Shown here piece by piece: positions 14,075 through 29,184 of a stretch of 64,000 nt of DNA; positions within the stretch are counted from its first letter, which is position 1, and the number at the start of each line of letters is the position of its first letter. A program made the translations under genes and the position numbers. Source of the stretch: Chrysomallon squamiferum (taxonomy: Eukaryota; Animalia; Mollusca). Under the pieces are notes generated by a model. That model was not told where the DNA came from. It made no database searches and saw only the letters and a program-made list of their open reading frames with translations. Location of the stretch: positions 38,688,001 to 38,752,000 of the forward strand of contig CM022665.1 of NCBI GenBank assembly GCA_012295275.1, read 5' to 3'.

Positions 14075-14192
14075 GGTGGCTTCTACTTTGCTCGTGGCTT
14101 GTATTTGGGTGGGAGTAGGTGCCAGGACACGAACTCAGTACCTACTTACTTCACCTGCGATGACTTAACCAGTATTACCATCGAGGCTGATT
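14075..14192 (-). mobile_element. Degenerate tRNA-derived SINE head remnant
   Basis: Minus strand reads gcctcgatggtaatactggttaag...aggtactgagttcgtgtcctggcacc: A-box-like TGGTAATACTGG (14169-14180) and B-box-like GAGTTCGTGTCC (14125-14136) at tRNA-like spacing; no clean cloverleaf seen. Confidence 0.5.
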
Positions 14193-15046
14193 ATAGGGTT
14201 CATGGCGGACATCAGTTTTTTTTTTATAACTCACACCTCACGGCGTTGTGTTACTTATTTGTTTTCACTTAGCCGATACTTCAGGGTTCTGCGGTTTCAC
14301 GAGAACTTTTGTTGAAAAAGTGCATCACTAGTTATCTTATTATACATACAGCTTGCACTCGTCTTTCATGTCCCTTGTTGTGGGGTCGATGCACAGTTTT
14401 GTAATGAAGAGCAGTTTGTTCGAATAATTACTCTTTGCTCTTTGATGGGGATGAGTTGCAACAAAATATATACACGTGTATATTCAGATGTCTGTGTGTG
14501 TGTGTGTGTGTGTGTTTTATCTGGACAATCATATCTTTAGATGATTATTTTTTTTAAAAATTTAAATTTATTTTGTCTGAGATTCAGTTTCTCCCCCTCT
14601 TCTCTATTCCCCTTTTTTTCGATCTTAGTCTGATTTTTCTAGACTCATCTTCTGTTCTTTCTTTTCTTGATTATATATATTTTATATATTTTTTTTATCT
14701 TTATTTATTTTGGTTCATTTTATAATAAAATAAAATAAAATAAAATAAAATAAATAAATAAATAAAAAAAAAAAAAAATTATAAATAAAAATTTGTAAAA
14801 ATAAAAAATTAAAAAATAAATAAAATTAAAAAATTAATTTTAAAAAAATGTTTAAAAAGTAAAAAAAAAAAAAAATAAAATAAAATAAAATAAAATAATT
14901 AAATAATTAAATTAAATTAACAAAAATTACACTAACGACTTTTTTTTTTTTTTTTTTACGTTAAGTTTTTATAACTGCCCTTATTTCTTATATTTGTTTT
15001 TACTAATGCTTATTTTTAGGACAATAACAATTAAAACCGACTTGTG

Positions 15047-15078
<32 letters not shown>

Positions 15079-16137
15079 ATCACACAAAACTTTTTTTTTT
15101 GCCCTTTTTGACCTCATATCCTATTTTTATTTCTCTTTCTTCTTTCTTTTTCATTTTTTTACCCCACACGAAGATAATGATTCATCAATATCTACCAAGT
15201 ACAGTAACGAAATTCGACATTTTTTTTTGACGCGTTCTTTCGGAATGCCAAATATGACCGAAAGACATTTCGTGTTATGACTATTAAAAAGAGAATTGCT
15301 TGTTTAAGCTTTGTAATAGACAACTTGTCGCATAACTGGACTTTGACAGTTATATTGTTGTCGTTGCTTTTTTGTTCTTAATGTTGTTGTTTTAATGTGT
15401 TTACTGGAGAAACAGACAATACCTTATTAAAGTCTCATTGTATTAATAAAGGATAAATGTACAGACAGAAATGCAGTAAATAAATAACTAAATATCTTAG
15501 TATGTGCCAGAAGTACAAAGTCATAAAAGTTTAAACAGCTTTTTAATATGTATTTGCGTATCCACTGTGCTCATTTATAAAACATTTAAAAAGCGTCTGT
15601 ATATATACGTATATGTAAATTAGGATGCACGCGTTCATGATAAAATACCAGGATGTACGCCTCATAGGAATAAGGAAAACATGAAAAATAATAATAAAAA
15701 AAAAAAAAATTAAAATAATTGTTTTTTAATGTAATATTTATTTCGAAATATCACGAAAACCGTAATGAATAAAAATATATTTTTATATGAAATTTCCAAA
15801 TTTACACGAAGCGTGAAAATATTTATTGCGAAACAAAAAAAAAAAAATAAAAAATAAAATAAAATAAAATTTCTCTGCCTTTCACTTAACTAAATTTTGA
15901 AAAGATCCTGAAATTTGTTTTAATTTTGTACCTTATGTAACCGCAACACATAAATATGTTATATATAAACATTTTTAAAATCTAAAATTACATTATAGTA
16001 TTACTTTAATTTATGTCTATATATTATAACAATATATTATTAGTTATTAATCAAACATGTTGACGAAAAAAAAAAAAAAAATAATAATAATAATAAAAAA
16101 AGAAAAAAAAAAATAAATAAATAAAGGGTTATAATAA

Positions 16138-16168
<31 letters not shown>

Positions 16169-16698
16169 AAAATAATATATTTACCATCAACAACAACATG
16201 AATACAAAATTCCGAAAAAGAAATAGGGAAAGATAAAAAGATAGAACAAAAGAAATAAAGAAACAAACAAAATACAGAGAAAAGGATAAAATAAATAATA
16301 TGAAATCAAATAAAATGAGAAAAATTTTAACGAAGAAAATAAATGTATCGTATTTTAGAATCACATTGCAGTAAATATTTTGACAAAATCTTTTCTTTAC
16401 GTTTCTTATTTCTGATATTAAAATACAAGTTAATGAATTAACAAAGTCAATCATTTTATTATAATATTACAAAATTATTATTTTTGTCTATTTTATTTTA
16501 TATTTTAATCTAACTTTAATTACATCTCTCGCTCAAATAATTATGCTGTGACGTGTTACCGTAAATAACCTATTGCTCACGATACTTGTGCAAGACGCAA
16601 AAACGTGTACAACTCAGATCACGTGCTTTTTGAATTACTAATGGTTTCTGTTTGGTTTCATAGCTTAATTCGCATTAAGATAATAAATATACCTGACT

Positions 16699-16736
<38 letters not shown>

Positions 16737-17291
16737 GTTTTCTTTTTCCTGCTTACGTTAGTCTTGTATGGTCATTATAAATAGCCTAATCATTATTATT
16801 CAGATAAATCACAGTACTTTCATTTATTTGTTTGTTTTTTCTTTTCTTTATGGTTGCTATTTTAATGATGTTCTTTCTGTCTTTTTTTTAATCATATATT
16901 TTTTCCTTTGTTTTTTTTTTTTAAAATTAAATTTCTTTATTTAAACTGAGCAAACAAAATATTTCCATATCTATACTTGTTTTCATTTTTTCTTTCTGTC
17001 TTTCTTTCTTTCTTTTTTCTTCTTCTATTTTTCTAATTGTCTCTTTTTAATTTATTTAATTTATTTATCGTTGTTTATTTTAAGTATTTATTTTATATAA
17101 AGATATTACTTTCGAACGCTCGGTGACAATAATTTGACAATGGTACAAAAAAATCTAAATATGCAGTGTAGAACAATGTTTAAAGTATCATAATTACATA
17201 AAACAAAAACACACACACACACACAGACAGACACACACATACACACACAGAGACAGATAGACAGACAGACACAGACACACACACACAGACA

Positions 17292-17328
<37 letters not shown>

Positions 17329-17636
17329 CATACACACACATAGACACACACACAAAGTAAATCTCATAAATATTAACACTTCATAAACAATAAACCAGAG
17401 GATTAGAAGATTTTCTTATAAAATAAATATGTCATAGTCCGCGGCTGATTCACCGGGATGTTACACAAACTAATCTGGACATGAATAATCATTTACACGG
17501 AGGTTCAACGTGGCAGATATCCCGTTAGTTTCTAATGGCAACCATGAGTAACTGTACATTTATGAAGCGTAGAAAAATTTCTGTGTTTTGCTTCTTATTT
17601 GAATTCGTCTTATTTATTTTTAATTTTCTTCTTTTT

Positions 17637-17667
<31 letters not shown>

Positions 17668-17973
17668 ATTATTATTTATTTTTTTTTCAGTTAGTTTTGG
17701 GATTGTTTTTATTTTATTTCCTTTCATTTTATTAAACTTTTTTTTTTTGTTTTTTTTTTTTTTTTTTTTTTTTTGTTCTAGTTTTTCTTCTTGTTGTTAA
17801 TTTCATATTTGTAATTTTCTTAATATTTTATATCTGTGTCTTTTAAATTTTCTTCCTATCACAGATTCTATTTCTTCTTCGTAATTTTCTTCACAGATGT
17901 TTTTTTTAAAATACATACTATTTCAGATTAGATTGTCCGCTGGTTAAATTATACGCGCATTAAATGTTATATA

Positions 17974-18083
<110 letters not shown>

Positions 18084-18553
18084 GTATGTATGAAAATAGC
18101 TTAAGTTGATACCTTTGTGTGTATGAAATCAAAACGTCTTTGTTTAAGTTTGCTTAATGAATCATCCACTCATCTCTGTGGACCTTCGTCGGACTCCATT
18201 ACATATAATCTTTAACGATAAATTTTTATTATCTTTGCTTTGTGTTGCTCACGAAGTTGCATTCTAAAATATCTTAGAACCACTCACACAGATATTGCGT
18301 GAAGAGAGCGGCGTTGTGAAGGAAATGATTTTCGTACATAAACAGCTGTAATGCATGACTTCGTTCTCTCGGTGGTAAAGTTTTATCTGAAAGAATGAAG
18401 GTCGCCTAAATGTAAATGTTGTAATATGAGAACTGTTATTATAAACATAAACATAATTATGTACATGCAATCATACTTATAGGAACAGGTATGTACGTTT
18501 AAAAAAAAAAATGCCTCATACATACATAAAATAAATTTTTAATATCCACTATC

Positions 18554-18823
18554 ATATATTATAATACTTTAATTTTCCCTGGCATAGTTAAAATATATAA
18601 TAATTTAATTATTTTGTTTTCCTTTTCTTTTGTCTTATGTTCTCTAGAATAGTTATATAATAATATTTATATTCAATGAGACGCACCAGAATATATTATA
18701 ATACTTTACTTTCCCTGGCATAGTTAAAATATACAATAACTTTTTTTTTTTTTTTTTTCTTTTCTTTGTCTTATGTTCTCTACCACATACAGTTAAGTAA
18801 TAATATTTATATTCATTGAGACA
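18554..18823. repeat. Diverged tandem duplication, two copies of about 135 bp
   Basis: atatattataatacttta..ttccctggcatagttaaaatata...ttgtcttatgttctcta...aataatatttatattca.tgagac occurs at about 18554 and 18691. Confidence 0.9.
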
Positions 18824-19306
18824 TATTTTAACATTAATATTATTTTAACAGTAGTTTTCACTCAAGTATTCAGAGCTTGACGGTGAATGCAAAAACTTTC
18901 ATTAATGACAATATATAAGAAGATTTGTCCCGTTAACAGAACGGTGTGAAACGTGACGCCCTGCCGCTTGTACATACATAGGCTAACAGGCTCTGTATAT
19001 CTGTTTAATGTCTCTCTTCTTTTTTTCAACCCTGGTGTTGGCTCTTTGGGAGTCTTCCCTGTAATTCCAGGCTGAGTCATCGACGACGTTAGTTTACCGT
19101 GACCACAGAAATGTCCTCAGGTATTTCGCTTTTCAAAACAAACTGAAGACACGTTCGTACGTTTGAGAAGCAGAAAACAAAGTAATTGTGAGTCACATGT
19201 TGTGCAGTTGGAGATGTTTGATACGAGGAAATCATAACAGTTTTCTTTTTCCTTTTTTTTTTTTTTTTTTTTTTTTTCCCCCCTTTGGCAAAAAGAAAAG
19301 TATTAC

Positions 19307-19590
19307 ATGCATGCATTACGTAAATACGAACGTACATACATGCGTAAATGGATAGATGCTTATTTACGAACATACATATATGCATATATGCATATATATA
19401 CATATATTATATTCGTACATGTGTGTATATATATATATATATACAACATGCATCTGTACATATACACATACATACATCCATACATCATACATTATACATA
19501 CATAGATACGTACTTACATATATACATACATATACATACATTTATACATACATACATTCATATACATACATACATACATACATACATGCA

Positions 19591-19621
<31 letters not shown>

Positions 19622-19730
19622 TTAGATATATACATACATACATACGTCCGTACGTACATTCATACATACATTTACATTCATACATACATATATACAAACA
19701 TACATACATACATTATATTATACATATATC
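19307..19730. repeat. Degenerate (TACA)n simple repeat
   Basis: Directly visible. Confidence 0.9.
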
Positions 19731-21253
19731 GACAGAGTGAAATGAACAATTATGGCGGCTACCAGCTGTATCAGTTTTGTTTCATTTTCATAATTTGAAA
19801 GAAAAAAGTTTGTTTGACTTTGTTTTTATCGTGCATTGCGAGGCATAGAATATCAGTAATCATGTTAATAATCCTTATATTTAACTTAGTAAACAAATCT
19901 ATCTATTTACATACCACAAATCTAATTATTTATAAATGCCATGCCTATGACATATATGTCTATTATTAGATACATTATATGGCAACATATACATAAACAT
20001 ATGCATTAGTTTTACTTTCATCTTTTCATCTGTGAGTGAACGAATTCAGTGCCAACGGAATGAAAGACTGAAAAGCATAAATAAAAGTTTTACGTGTAAA
20101 GTTTTAAAAAAACTTAAACTTTTATCACAGATATCCCAGATAAGAAATCGTTAACTGGAAATTTGTATTAAAACAAATTAATACTAATAATAAAAATCAA
20201 AGAATCACCAACAAATTACAAAGGCGAAGGTATGCAAGGACTTTAATGTAAACTTCATCTATAAAAACCGTGACTGTCCAGTCTTGTTCGTGTCCTGTAT
20301 ATATAATTACAAGTACAGCTTTGTTCAGCAGAAGGTGTAGTAACATGCTTGACCACATATACTTGGTGTAAACGTTAAACAGCTTCAGGCGTTTAGCAGT
20401 TCGGATATGTCAAGGCTTTAACGACAGTCTGACTAATCTGCAAATACAAAGTAAAGCATTTTTGTCATGTATGACAAACATACAGTTATTTATGATGATA
20501 CATTTTTGTGACAGTTATTAGATTGCTTAATTGTGTTACGTTTTAGGATGAGTTATATATACATACATACATATACACACACACACACACACATACACAC
20601 ATAGACATACACATGCATACCTACATATACACATATACAAACAGAGAGAGAGAGAGAGAGAGAGAACAGTTACTTTGGTTACTAACCATTTCATTGTTAT
20701 TGCGTTTTGCATATTAATTTTCACGTTGTTCTGAATATGTGCGCGTATCAGTGGCATTTCGAGAAACAAAACTAAATAAATGAGACTAAAATCAACCAGT
20801 TATAATTATCTTTACTGACAATTAATACAACATGTTTCAAAAACCTTCACCTTCTTTTTTTTTTTTTTTTTTCGGATCATTCCCATACACGTCCAGTCAG
20901 ATTAGCAAACATGTTTGTAACGACGTCTTCGCTTGGCCCCACAGCGCTGACGACATCGTTTTCACTGTCACAGCGAGCCGACAACGTGGATTTAAGCGAG
21001 CTGTGCCTTGACCAGCGACGCCAGCACAACGACACTGATTGTACAAAAAGGAATTTTGATAGATAGGTGACCGTCTTTAATTGGGTTCCCTGCACATGAG
21101 TCATAACCACGTTATAACGTGACCGAAAATAACCAGTTTATAATCGTTACACGTCGATAAATTAATATCATTTTTAGATAATTGCCTTCACTTGGCCTTC
21201 TTTGAAGAAACTGCAGTATTTCTCTGCCTTCGTTTGTTTCTGTCCGTTTGACC

Positions 21254-21389
<136 letters not shown>

Positions 21390-21520
21390 GATAATCTGCC
21401 TGTCTGACTCTCTCATAAAAAACCCAGCAACCTAGGAAGGAACATATGATTAGCCTTGATAATTTATATATGTACGAGGTCGTATGTGATTTTATTATTT
21501 ATTTTATTTTATTTTATTAT

Positions 21521-21559
<39 letters not shown>

Positions 21560-21919
21560 ATATTATAAAAGAAGTAATCAAGACGAACTTGATCAGACTC
21601 TTTAATTGAATTGATCAATTTGTATAATTTACTAATATTTTACGCTGTTAAGGATTTAACCAATTTTAGATTATGTCATTTATGGGATTTCTTTTTTTAT
21701 GTTGGGTTTGCTATTATGTTAAATTTACGGTTAAGAATGCACTGAGATATTTTGGGTATGAATTATCTGTGTGTAGTTCACAAGATCTTAGTAAATTAAA
21801 CCATTTTTTTGAATTTGATAAGGATGATTGAATTACTTAATGAATGATTGATTAGGGTAATTATCTGCGCTCTGTGTATATTTTTTCAAAGAAAGAAAAA
21901 GAGCGCGTGTATACTTTTG

Positions 21920-22065
<146 letters not shown>

Positions 22066-22906
22066 AAGCAGAGAAAGAGAGATAAAGTGAGGGAGTTAAA
22101 GAAATAAAGAAGAAAGAAGAAGATATAAAAAAGAGAGAGAGACACAGAAAGAGAGAGAAAAAAAAAGATGAAGATCTTGAGAAAAAGAAAGAAAGAATTG
22201 GATGTGTTTTTATCAAATTTAATAACTTTTCAAGGCAAGTATCTATTAATACCTTCATCCTAACTCAAAACATCCCCCGCATCATGCGGCCGTACACCTC
22301 AGGTTCCCACGATCAATTTTTTGAAAAAGCATAAAACTTAAAAGTTAGTTTATTTAAAATATCAGATTACTCAAGCAAGGACACCATATGGCCTTACATA
22401 ACGAAATAATATTGTTTCTCTATTAATCCGTCTGCCTACTTTTTTTTCTATATTAATTACCTCAGGCGCGTGGCTCTCAAGTTACCAATATAAAACTTTA
22501 AGGTGATACGATCTGGTGTTTTGAAATCATAGATGAGGAAATTGGTCTGTCTACCTCGGGCCTGATTGTGTATTTTTATTAGACGCAATTTATCCATCAT
22601 CGCAGAGACTGACTTTGTACCAAGCAACGTGTGATAGAAAAAAAAAAAATTTACAAGAGAAAAGTATTTTTGTGTTATTTGTGTACTGCTGAATTTGTTA
22701 ATCTTATTTTCTTCATCATTGCCTCTTCTTTTTCTTCTTCTTCTTCTTAATAATAATAATAATAATAGTTTTTAACTTTATCATGTTTTGTTTGTTTTTT
22801 AAAACATATTTTAACAAGTTTATTTACTTAGAAATTTTTTGATTTTCGAAAGTTTTTTGATTGTGAAAAGTTTCCTTACCTAAAATCTTGAATTCTATTC
22901 TTTTTC

Positions 22907-22942
<36 letters not shown>

Positions 22943-25300
22943 TATTGGTTTCTTTATTCTCTATTTTTCTCTCTCTTTTTTTTTTTTTTTTTCTTTGTGT
23001 CCTCTTTTCATTCTTTCTTAATGTTTATTTATAACTTACTTTATTTCGTTCTGTCTGTCTTTTTTAAATGTTTTCTTTATTACAGTTTCTTTGTCTTTTT
23101 TCTTTTTTTTTTTTTTTTTCACTTTTTCGTTAAGAAATTATTGTGTATGCTAATTTGCAACAACTGTTTATCAAAACCTATACACTAAATACTTAAAACT
23201 TTTTTTTTTTTTGTTTTACAAATTTGTTATATTATCAATTACATTTTTGATTTGTTTTTTGGTTTTTTGAGAGAGATTATTTCCAAGCCGATTTATCTAT
23301 TAAAAAAAAATTAGAATTTTCAACGAAAAATATCTGTTGATAACTGTATTATAAACTAATGTAATCTAATTTTTATTTCATTAAAGCTGTAATGCTCATT
23401 ATAAAATAATTTGTTTGTTTTTATATTATCTTAAAATTATTTTCTGAAATAGATTTTAAAATAATTTGATTTATGTTTTGATGTGGGTTTTTTTTTTTTT
23501 TTTTTTTTTTTCATTGTTTACTTTTATTCTTTTCTGTCTTCTTTCTTTTTCTCTTTTTTCTTTATTTTTCTTTCATTAATTATTTTCTTTCTTTCTTTTT
23601 TCTTAACTTTCTTTTCATTTTTCTTCTTCCACTTTGCTTTCAAAGAAAACAACACTTTATCATTCAGTTTACATATCGAAGCCAATTTGTATATGTTTAT
23701 TTGTTTAATAAAGATCTGTTTTAAAAACCCCCAACAAAAAAAAAAAAAAAAAACAACAACAAAAAAACAAAAACGGAATGACTCATTTCAGGGACAAAGC
23801 GGTATCGTCAACGACATCCGAACAAAGACAAAATTTAACAGATCTCTTAATGAATGCAGGTGCGATAATAATACACATCACTCATTTGACAGGTAACAGC
23901 GTCAGCCATATTGTTTAAGGTATGACTAACTTGGACAGAACAAAGCGAATTTTGGGGGCTTTATTTTACCGTTTCTAGCTGGAATCGTGAAAACAAAGGC
24001 CGCATCTTTCACACCGCGTCTCTTTGTACGACTACCAAATATGGACAGGTAAAATGTCTACATTCGTCGGCTGCTGGCCAGTTGTTGCGCGCGCTCCTTG
24101 CACGAGCCAGTTTGCGATGACTCACACTCACGTGCAGCCTGCTCGTGCATGGCGCCATTATCACATTAACCAATATCTAAAACGCCTCTCAAAACCTTAC
24201 CGTTTCCTTAATAATTACAAACGTCCAGCTTTGGTTTTTGCATGTCCGGTTCTCACGGTGGGATGCCCCATTATGCGATGGGTTGTCCCAAGTCACGAAA
24301 CACAGCTAATTTTAAATAGCTAAAGAAACTTTAAAGAAATATTTAGAAAGTATAACAAAAAACCACAAAAACTTGTTTTCAATAGGGCTGAGAAAAAATA
24401 ATTAAAATGAACAAACTTTGAAAGTCAAAGAAATGTCCTTACATTTCTTTACAATTTAAAGGGTTTTTTTCTTTCTTTCTTTTTTCTTTTCTTTTTGACT
24501 TCTATAAATGTTTTGTATGTATATATGTATGTATCTATGTATGAATGTATATATGTTTATATGTGTGTATATGTGTGTGTATCTATATATGAAAGTATGT
24601 ATGTACGTACGTATGTATGTTTTTGTCTGTGTATGTGTACGGATGTAGGTACGTATTTTTTTTATTTCTGTCTTTGAGAAAGCACGTTTCTGCCAAAATG
24701 CACCAGCAAATATATACAAATTAAAATGAAGTAAAATTAAAATGAAATCAGCCAACCAACAAACCAACCAACCAACAAATAAATAAATAAATAAATAAAT
24801 AAATAAAACATACATGATATCCCCATCAAACTCAAGCATCTGTGACTAATACAGGAAATCATGCCGTAATGATAATCTTATTAATAACGCAACCACATAT
24901 TCGTCATCTTTTTTGTTACGTTAATTTTTTTTTTTCCTTCTTTCTTTATAAAGTTCTTTGCTCTTTAATCATTAACGGTTCTTTATTTTACAGGTAACAC
25001 AAATAAATCCATCTGTTCCAGTCATTATTATGATTATTATTGTTTTACCTCCTTGTCTATCGAGACAGGTAGTTCGTTCAGGTGTGTTTGACGTGTATAA
25101 AGACATCAAAGTGAGAAAGAGCGTTCTGCTTGCATGAAAGAGAGAGAGAAAAAAAATATTAAATGTGTTTTGTTAATTGATTCGCTACATTATGACAACG
25201 AAACATGTTTGTCACGAATGAAACATGAGTTTCGATTTGGTTCTCGGCGTATTAATTATCATAATTGACTTTATTATTTTAGTGGGATTTCTTTTTCTTT

Positions 25301-25334
<34 letters not shown>

Positions 25335-25919
25335 ATAATTTCTTTCTTTCTTTCTGTGTTTGGTATTTTAATGGGTTTTTTTTTTCTTTATCTTTTTCTT
25401 ATTTATTTATTTACTTTATTTATTTATTTCCTTTGTTTTTTTTGTTTTTTTTATATGCTTTCTAGTTGAATGGGGGTTTTTTTTTTTTTTTTTTTTAACC
25501 TTTCCTTCTTCCTTCCTTTTCTTTTTTCTTTTTTTCTTTGTTTCTTTCTTTTCATTTTTATATACCTTTCTTCTTTTTGTGTTTATTACATTAATATGTT
25601 TATTTCAACTTTTCTTTTGTTTTTCTTTGTTTCGTTTTTACGTCTTTGTTATTTTAATGGGTTTTATTCTGTTTGTTTCTTTTTCTTACTGTTTTTCTTA
25701 TTTCTTATCTTTATTTATTTATTTGTTTTATTTTAATTGCTTTCCTTTTTGTTTCTTTTTACATTTCATTATTATTATTTTATTTATTTTTTCCTTCTTC
25801 TTTCGTTCTTTTCCATTAATTTGTATTACATTTAATGTGTTTATTTCCTCCTTTAGTTCTCTTAATTCGTTCTTTTTTGGAGAAATGAAACCTATAGTTC
25901 TGTAAATCTCTAACCTAGT

Positions 25920-25921
<2 letters not shown>

Positions 25922-25995
<74 letters not shown>
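25922..25995. repeat. (CA)n microsatellite
   Basis: Directly visible. Confidence 0.95.
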
Positions 25996-25998
<3 letters not shown>

Positions 25999-27005
25999 GA
26001 GCTTAGAGTACATTTTCCACAGTATTATGACTGCAGTAAAATTTAATCAGCTACAGGACCTTCATACAGACACAGTAACCCAGATAAACATACAGATAAA
26101 CAAGTACACATTAAACAGACTTATGTCTCGAGTTTCTTTTTCTTTTCTATCTTTCTTATGATTAATCGGAATTTTCTTTGGTATTTTATTTCGTTTATAT
26201 TTATATATATATATATATATACATATATGTATCTTCAGCATTCCATTATTCTTTCTTTCTTCTTCTTCTTCTTCTTACTTGTTTAGTTATAATAGCAGTA
26301 GCTATAATTTTAACAGGAGTTGTAGCAATAGTAGTGATAGTACTAGGAGTAGTGGTAACCGTAATAGTATTAATAATACAGCAACAATAGCACCAGCTGT
26401 AGCAGCAGCAGTGGTAGTAGTATTAGATGTAGTAACAGTGCTAGTTGTTGCAGTAGTAGAAGATTTAGTAATATTGGTAGTATTATTAGATGGGGTAATT
26501 GATTGTAGCAGTAGTAGTTGCAAAAGTAGCAGCCGACACAGTAGTGCTAGCAGTAATAATAAAGTGTAAAAGTAATACGAGTAGCAGCAATAAATGAAAG
26601 TTAGTCACTTGTATATTGCATTGACCTTTTCAGTATTCATCGTAATGACTGAATTATTTTTAAGTCACTGATCCATTCTCGAGAACGAGTGTTTCTGGGT
26701 TCGTTTCTCGTAAAGACAAATAGCTTTATTACGACTGCGAGTCCCGCGGGAACTGCGTGTCACACGGGGCGTGTCCATTCTTCCACCCTATCAATCGCCT
26801 CTGTGTCGCAAATGTGATGTTGACGTTAAAAACAGATCACGGAAGTCAAGCCGCGTTATTTGTCTTGATCAGTTTGTTTTCAGTATAGCTTTCGTAAATC
26901 TGTTTCTCTCTTGTCATATATTAACACAGACTCATACACTCACAGACCGAGAGACAAACAGACAGACATGTAAATAGACATATAGACAGACTGATAGATA
27001 AGATG

Positions 27006-27009
<4 letters not shown>

Positions 27010-27097
<88 letters not shown>

Positions 27098-27189
27098 AAC
27101 GAAAACGAATACCAAAGACAAAACGAATGAGAGCTAGAGATAGAAGCAGAAGAGGAAGAGAGACAGAGGGGGGACGGGCAGACTCAGAC

Positions 27190-27275
<86 letters not shown>

Positions 27276-27305
27276 AAATAAAAAACGAATACCAAAGACA
27301 AAAAA
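27010..27305. repeat. Duplicated unit of (GA)n followed by aaaacgaataccaaagacaaaa
   Basis: Two (GA)n tracts, each followed by the same ~22-mer (near 27102 and 27282). Confidence 0.85.
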
Positions 27306-27934
27306 CAACAACATCGCTTTCCTAAAGCCACAATCATCTTTTTTCTCTATCGCTTCCTACCCCAGTCTTTACCCCTGTTTCTGCACAGCACCGAAGGGAT
27401 TCGCGTTCGCACAAACGGAGATACTGACATGCAGTAATACAATTAGTCAGTTGACATCTGCTTTATAATGTAATTATAAAACACTTGTCATTCAGAAAAG
27501 AACACAGATTTGATGGCGGATACTTCAACGGATTCTTTCTGTCGGATTTGTTTGTTTGATTAGTTTTGATCGGCGCCACATTAGACCACTGGCGACGAAC
27601 AGAGAAGACCGATAATCGTAGTTAGCCTTTTGTGTGTGTTAATATAAAATAAAAAAAACTGGAAAAAAAAAAAAAAAAAAAAACATTATTTGCGTTGTAA
27701 ATGTTCAGTATAATCTTGTGTGGTTTGGCATGTTTAGGACACATGTACGCAAGAGATGTGACATGTATGTATGTATATAATATGTCCTAGTATGTCTCGT
27801 ATATAAATTCACTGATACCGACACACTCATAAAAACATTCACATACATATGTACGCAGATATCTACCTACCTACCTACCTATCTACATACATACAGGATT
27901 GAAAGAAAAAGAAGCAAAATATATGAGAGAGAAA

Positions 27935-28027
<93 letters not shown>

Positions 28028-28407
28028 AGAAAAAATATAAAGAACTATAAGAAAAAGTAAATACAGTTTCGAAAAGAATGAAATGAAAAAAATAATAAAT
28101 ACAGAAAAGGTCGAAAACGATACACACAGAAAAATGAGCGTAAGAAATAAAAACAATGAAAGATGAAAAAAAGGAAAGGTGAAAGAAAAAAGAGATATAC
28201 AGAAATAAATAAAAGAAAGATATTAAAGGCAAAGTATGATATATTTTTTATTTTTATTTTTATTTATTTATTTGTTTGTTTTTAAATTAATGCATCATGA
28301 TATCAATATAACTTGTTACATCACCGTGTTTTTTGGTGTGTAAATTCTGCGTGTCCGCTTTGTTGACTAACTTCACGTGACCTCCGTCATTTACGTCCGT
28401 TACTCAC

Positions 28408-28415
28408 TGACGTCA
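28408..28415. promoter_or_regulatory. Perfect CRE (TGACGTCA) in a CpG-rich island
   Basis: Exact motif, with a CACGTG E-box about 35 bp upstream. Confidence 0.35.
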
Positions 28416-28709
28416 CGTTTTAGGTCTCGCCCGTTTATCACGGCTCGCCTGAAGGTCAAATCAACAATGTGTTGATATAAACATGCAAGAAAATAAAAAA
28501 AAAAAAATGAGACAGAAAGGAAGAAAGAAAATAAAAAAAACATTCGTTTGCTGAAACTAGCAGTACATTGCAACACTAGTACCATTATTACAGCTACTGC
28601 GTCTGCTACTACAACTACAACATTACTAGTACTTCTATTGTTATGACTATAATTATTACTAGTGCTGCTGCTATTGCTACTGCCACTGTCAGAGAACTAC
28701 TATTGTTGA

Positions 28710-28746
<37 letters not shown>

Positions 28747-29148
28747 ATCTATAACCATTTTTATAGAAATTTCGACAGTCACAAATATAACCACTTTTCA
28801 TTGTCTGTTAGTGGATTACTCATAATTACTATTATAGTAATCACTATTATAGTAATCACCTACAGACAAGAGAAAATATATATTATTTTAGATATTAATA
28901 AATCAGAGGGAAATAATATATAAAAGGTATTATTATTTTTAATAATTTTACTGTTACTTCCAGAACTTCTTTCGATACTATATATTAACATTAATATCTA
29001 CAATATTGTTTAACTCATATATTTTCTTTTAACGAATTTCAAGATACTAACACACACACACACACACACACACACAATCACACACACATAAAAATCACAT
29101 ATATATATATATATATATCTTTCTTTTAAAAATATTTATACAGAAGCT

Positions 29149-29184
<36 letters not shown>

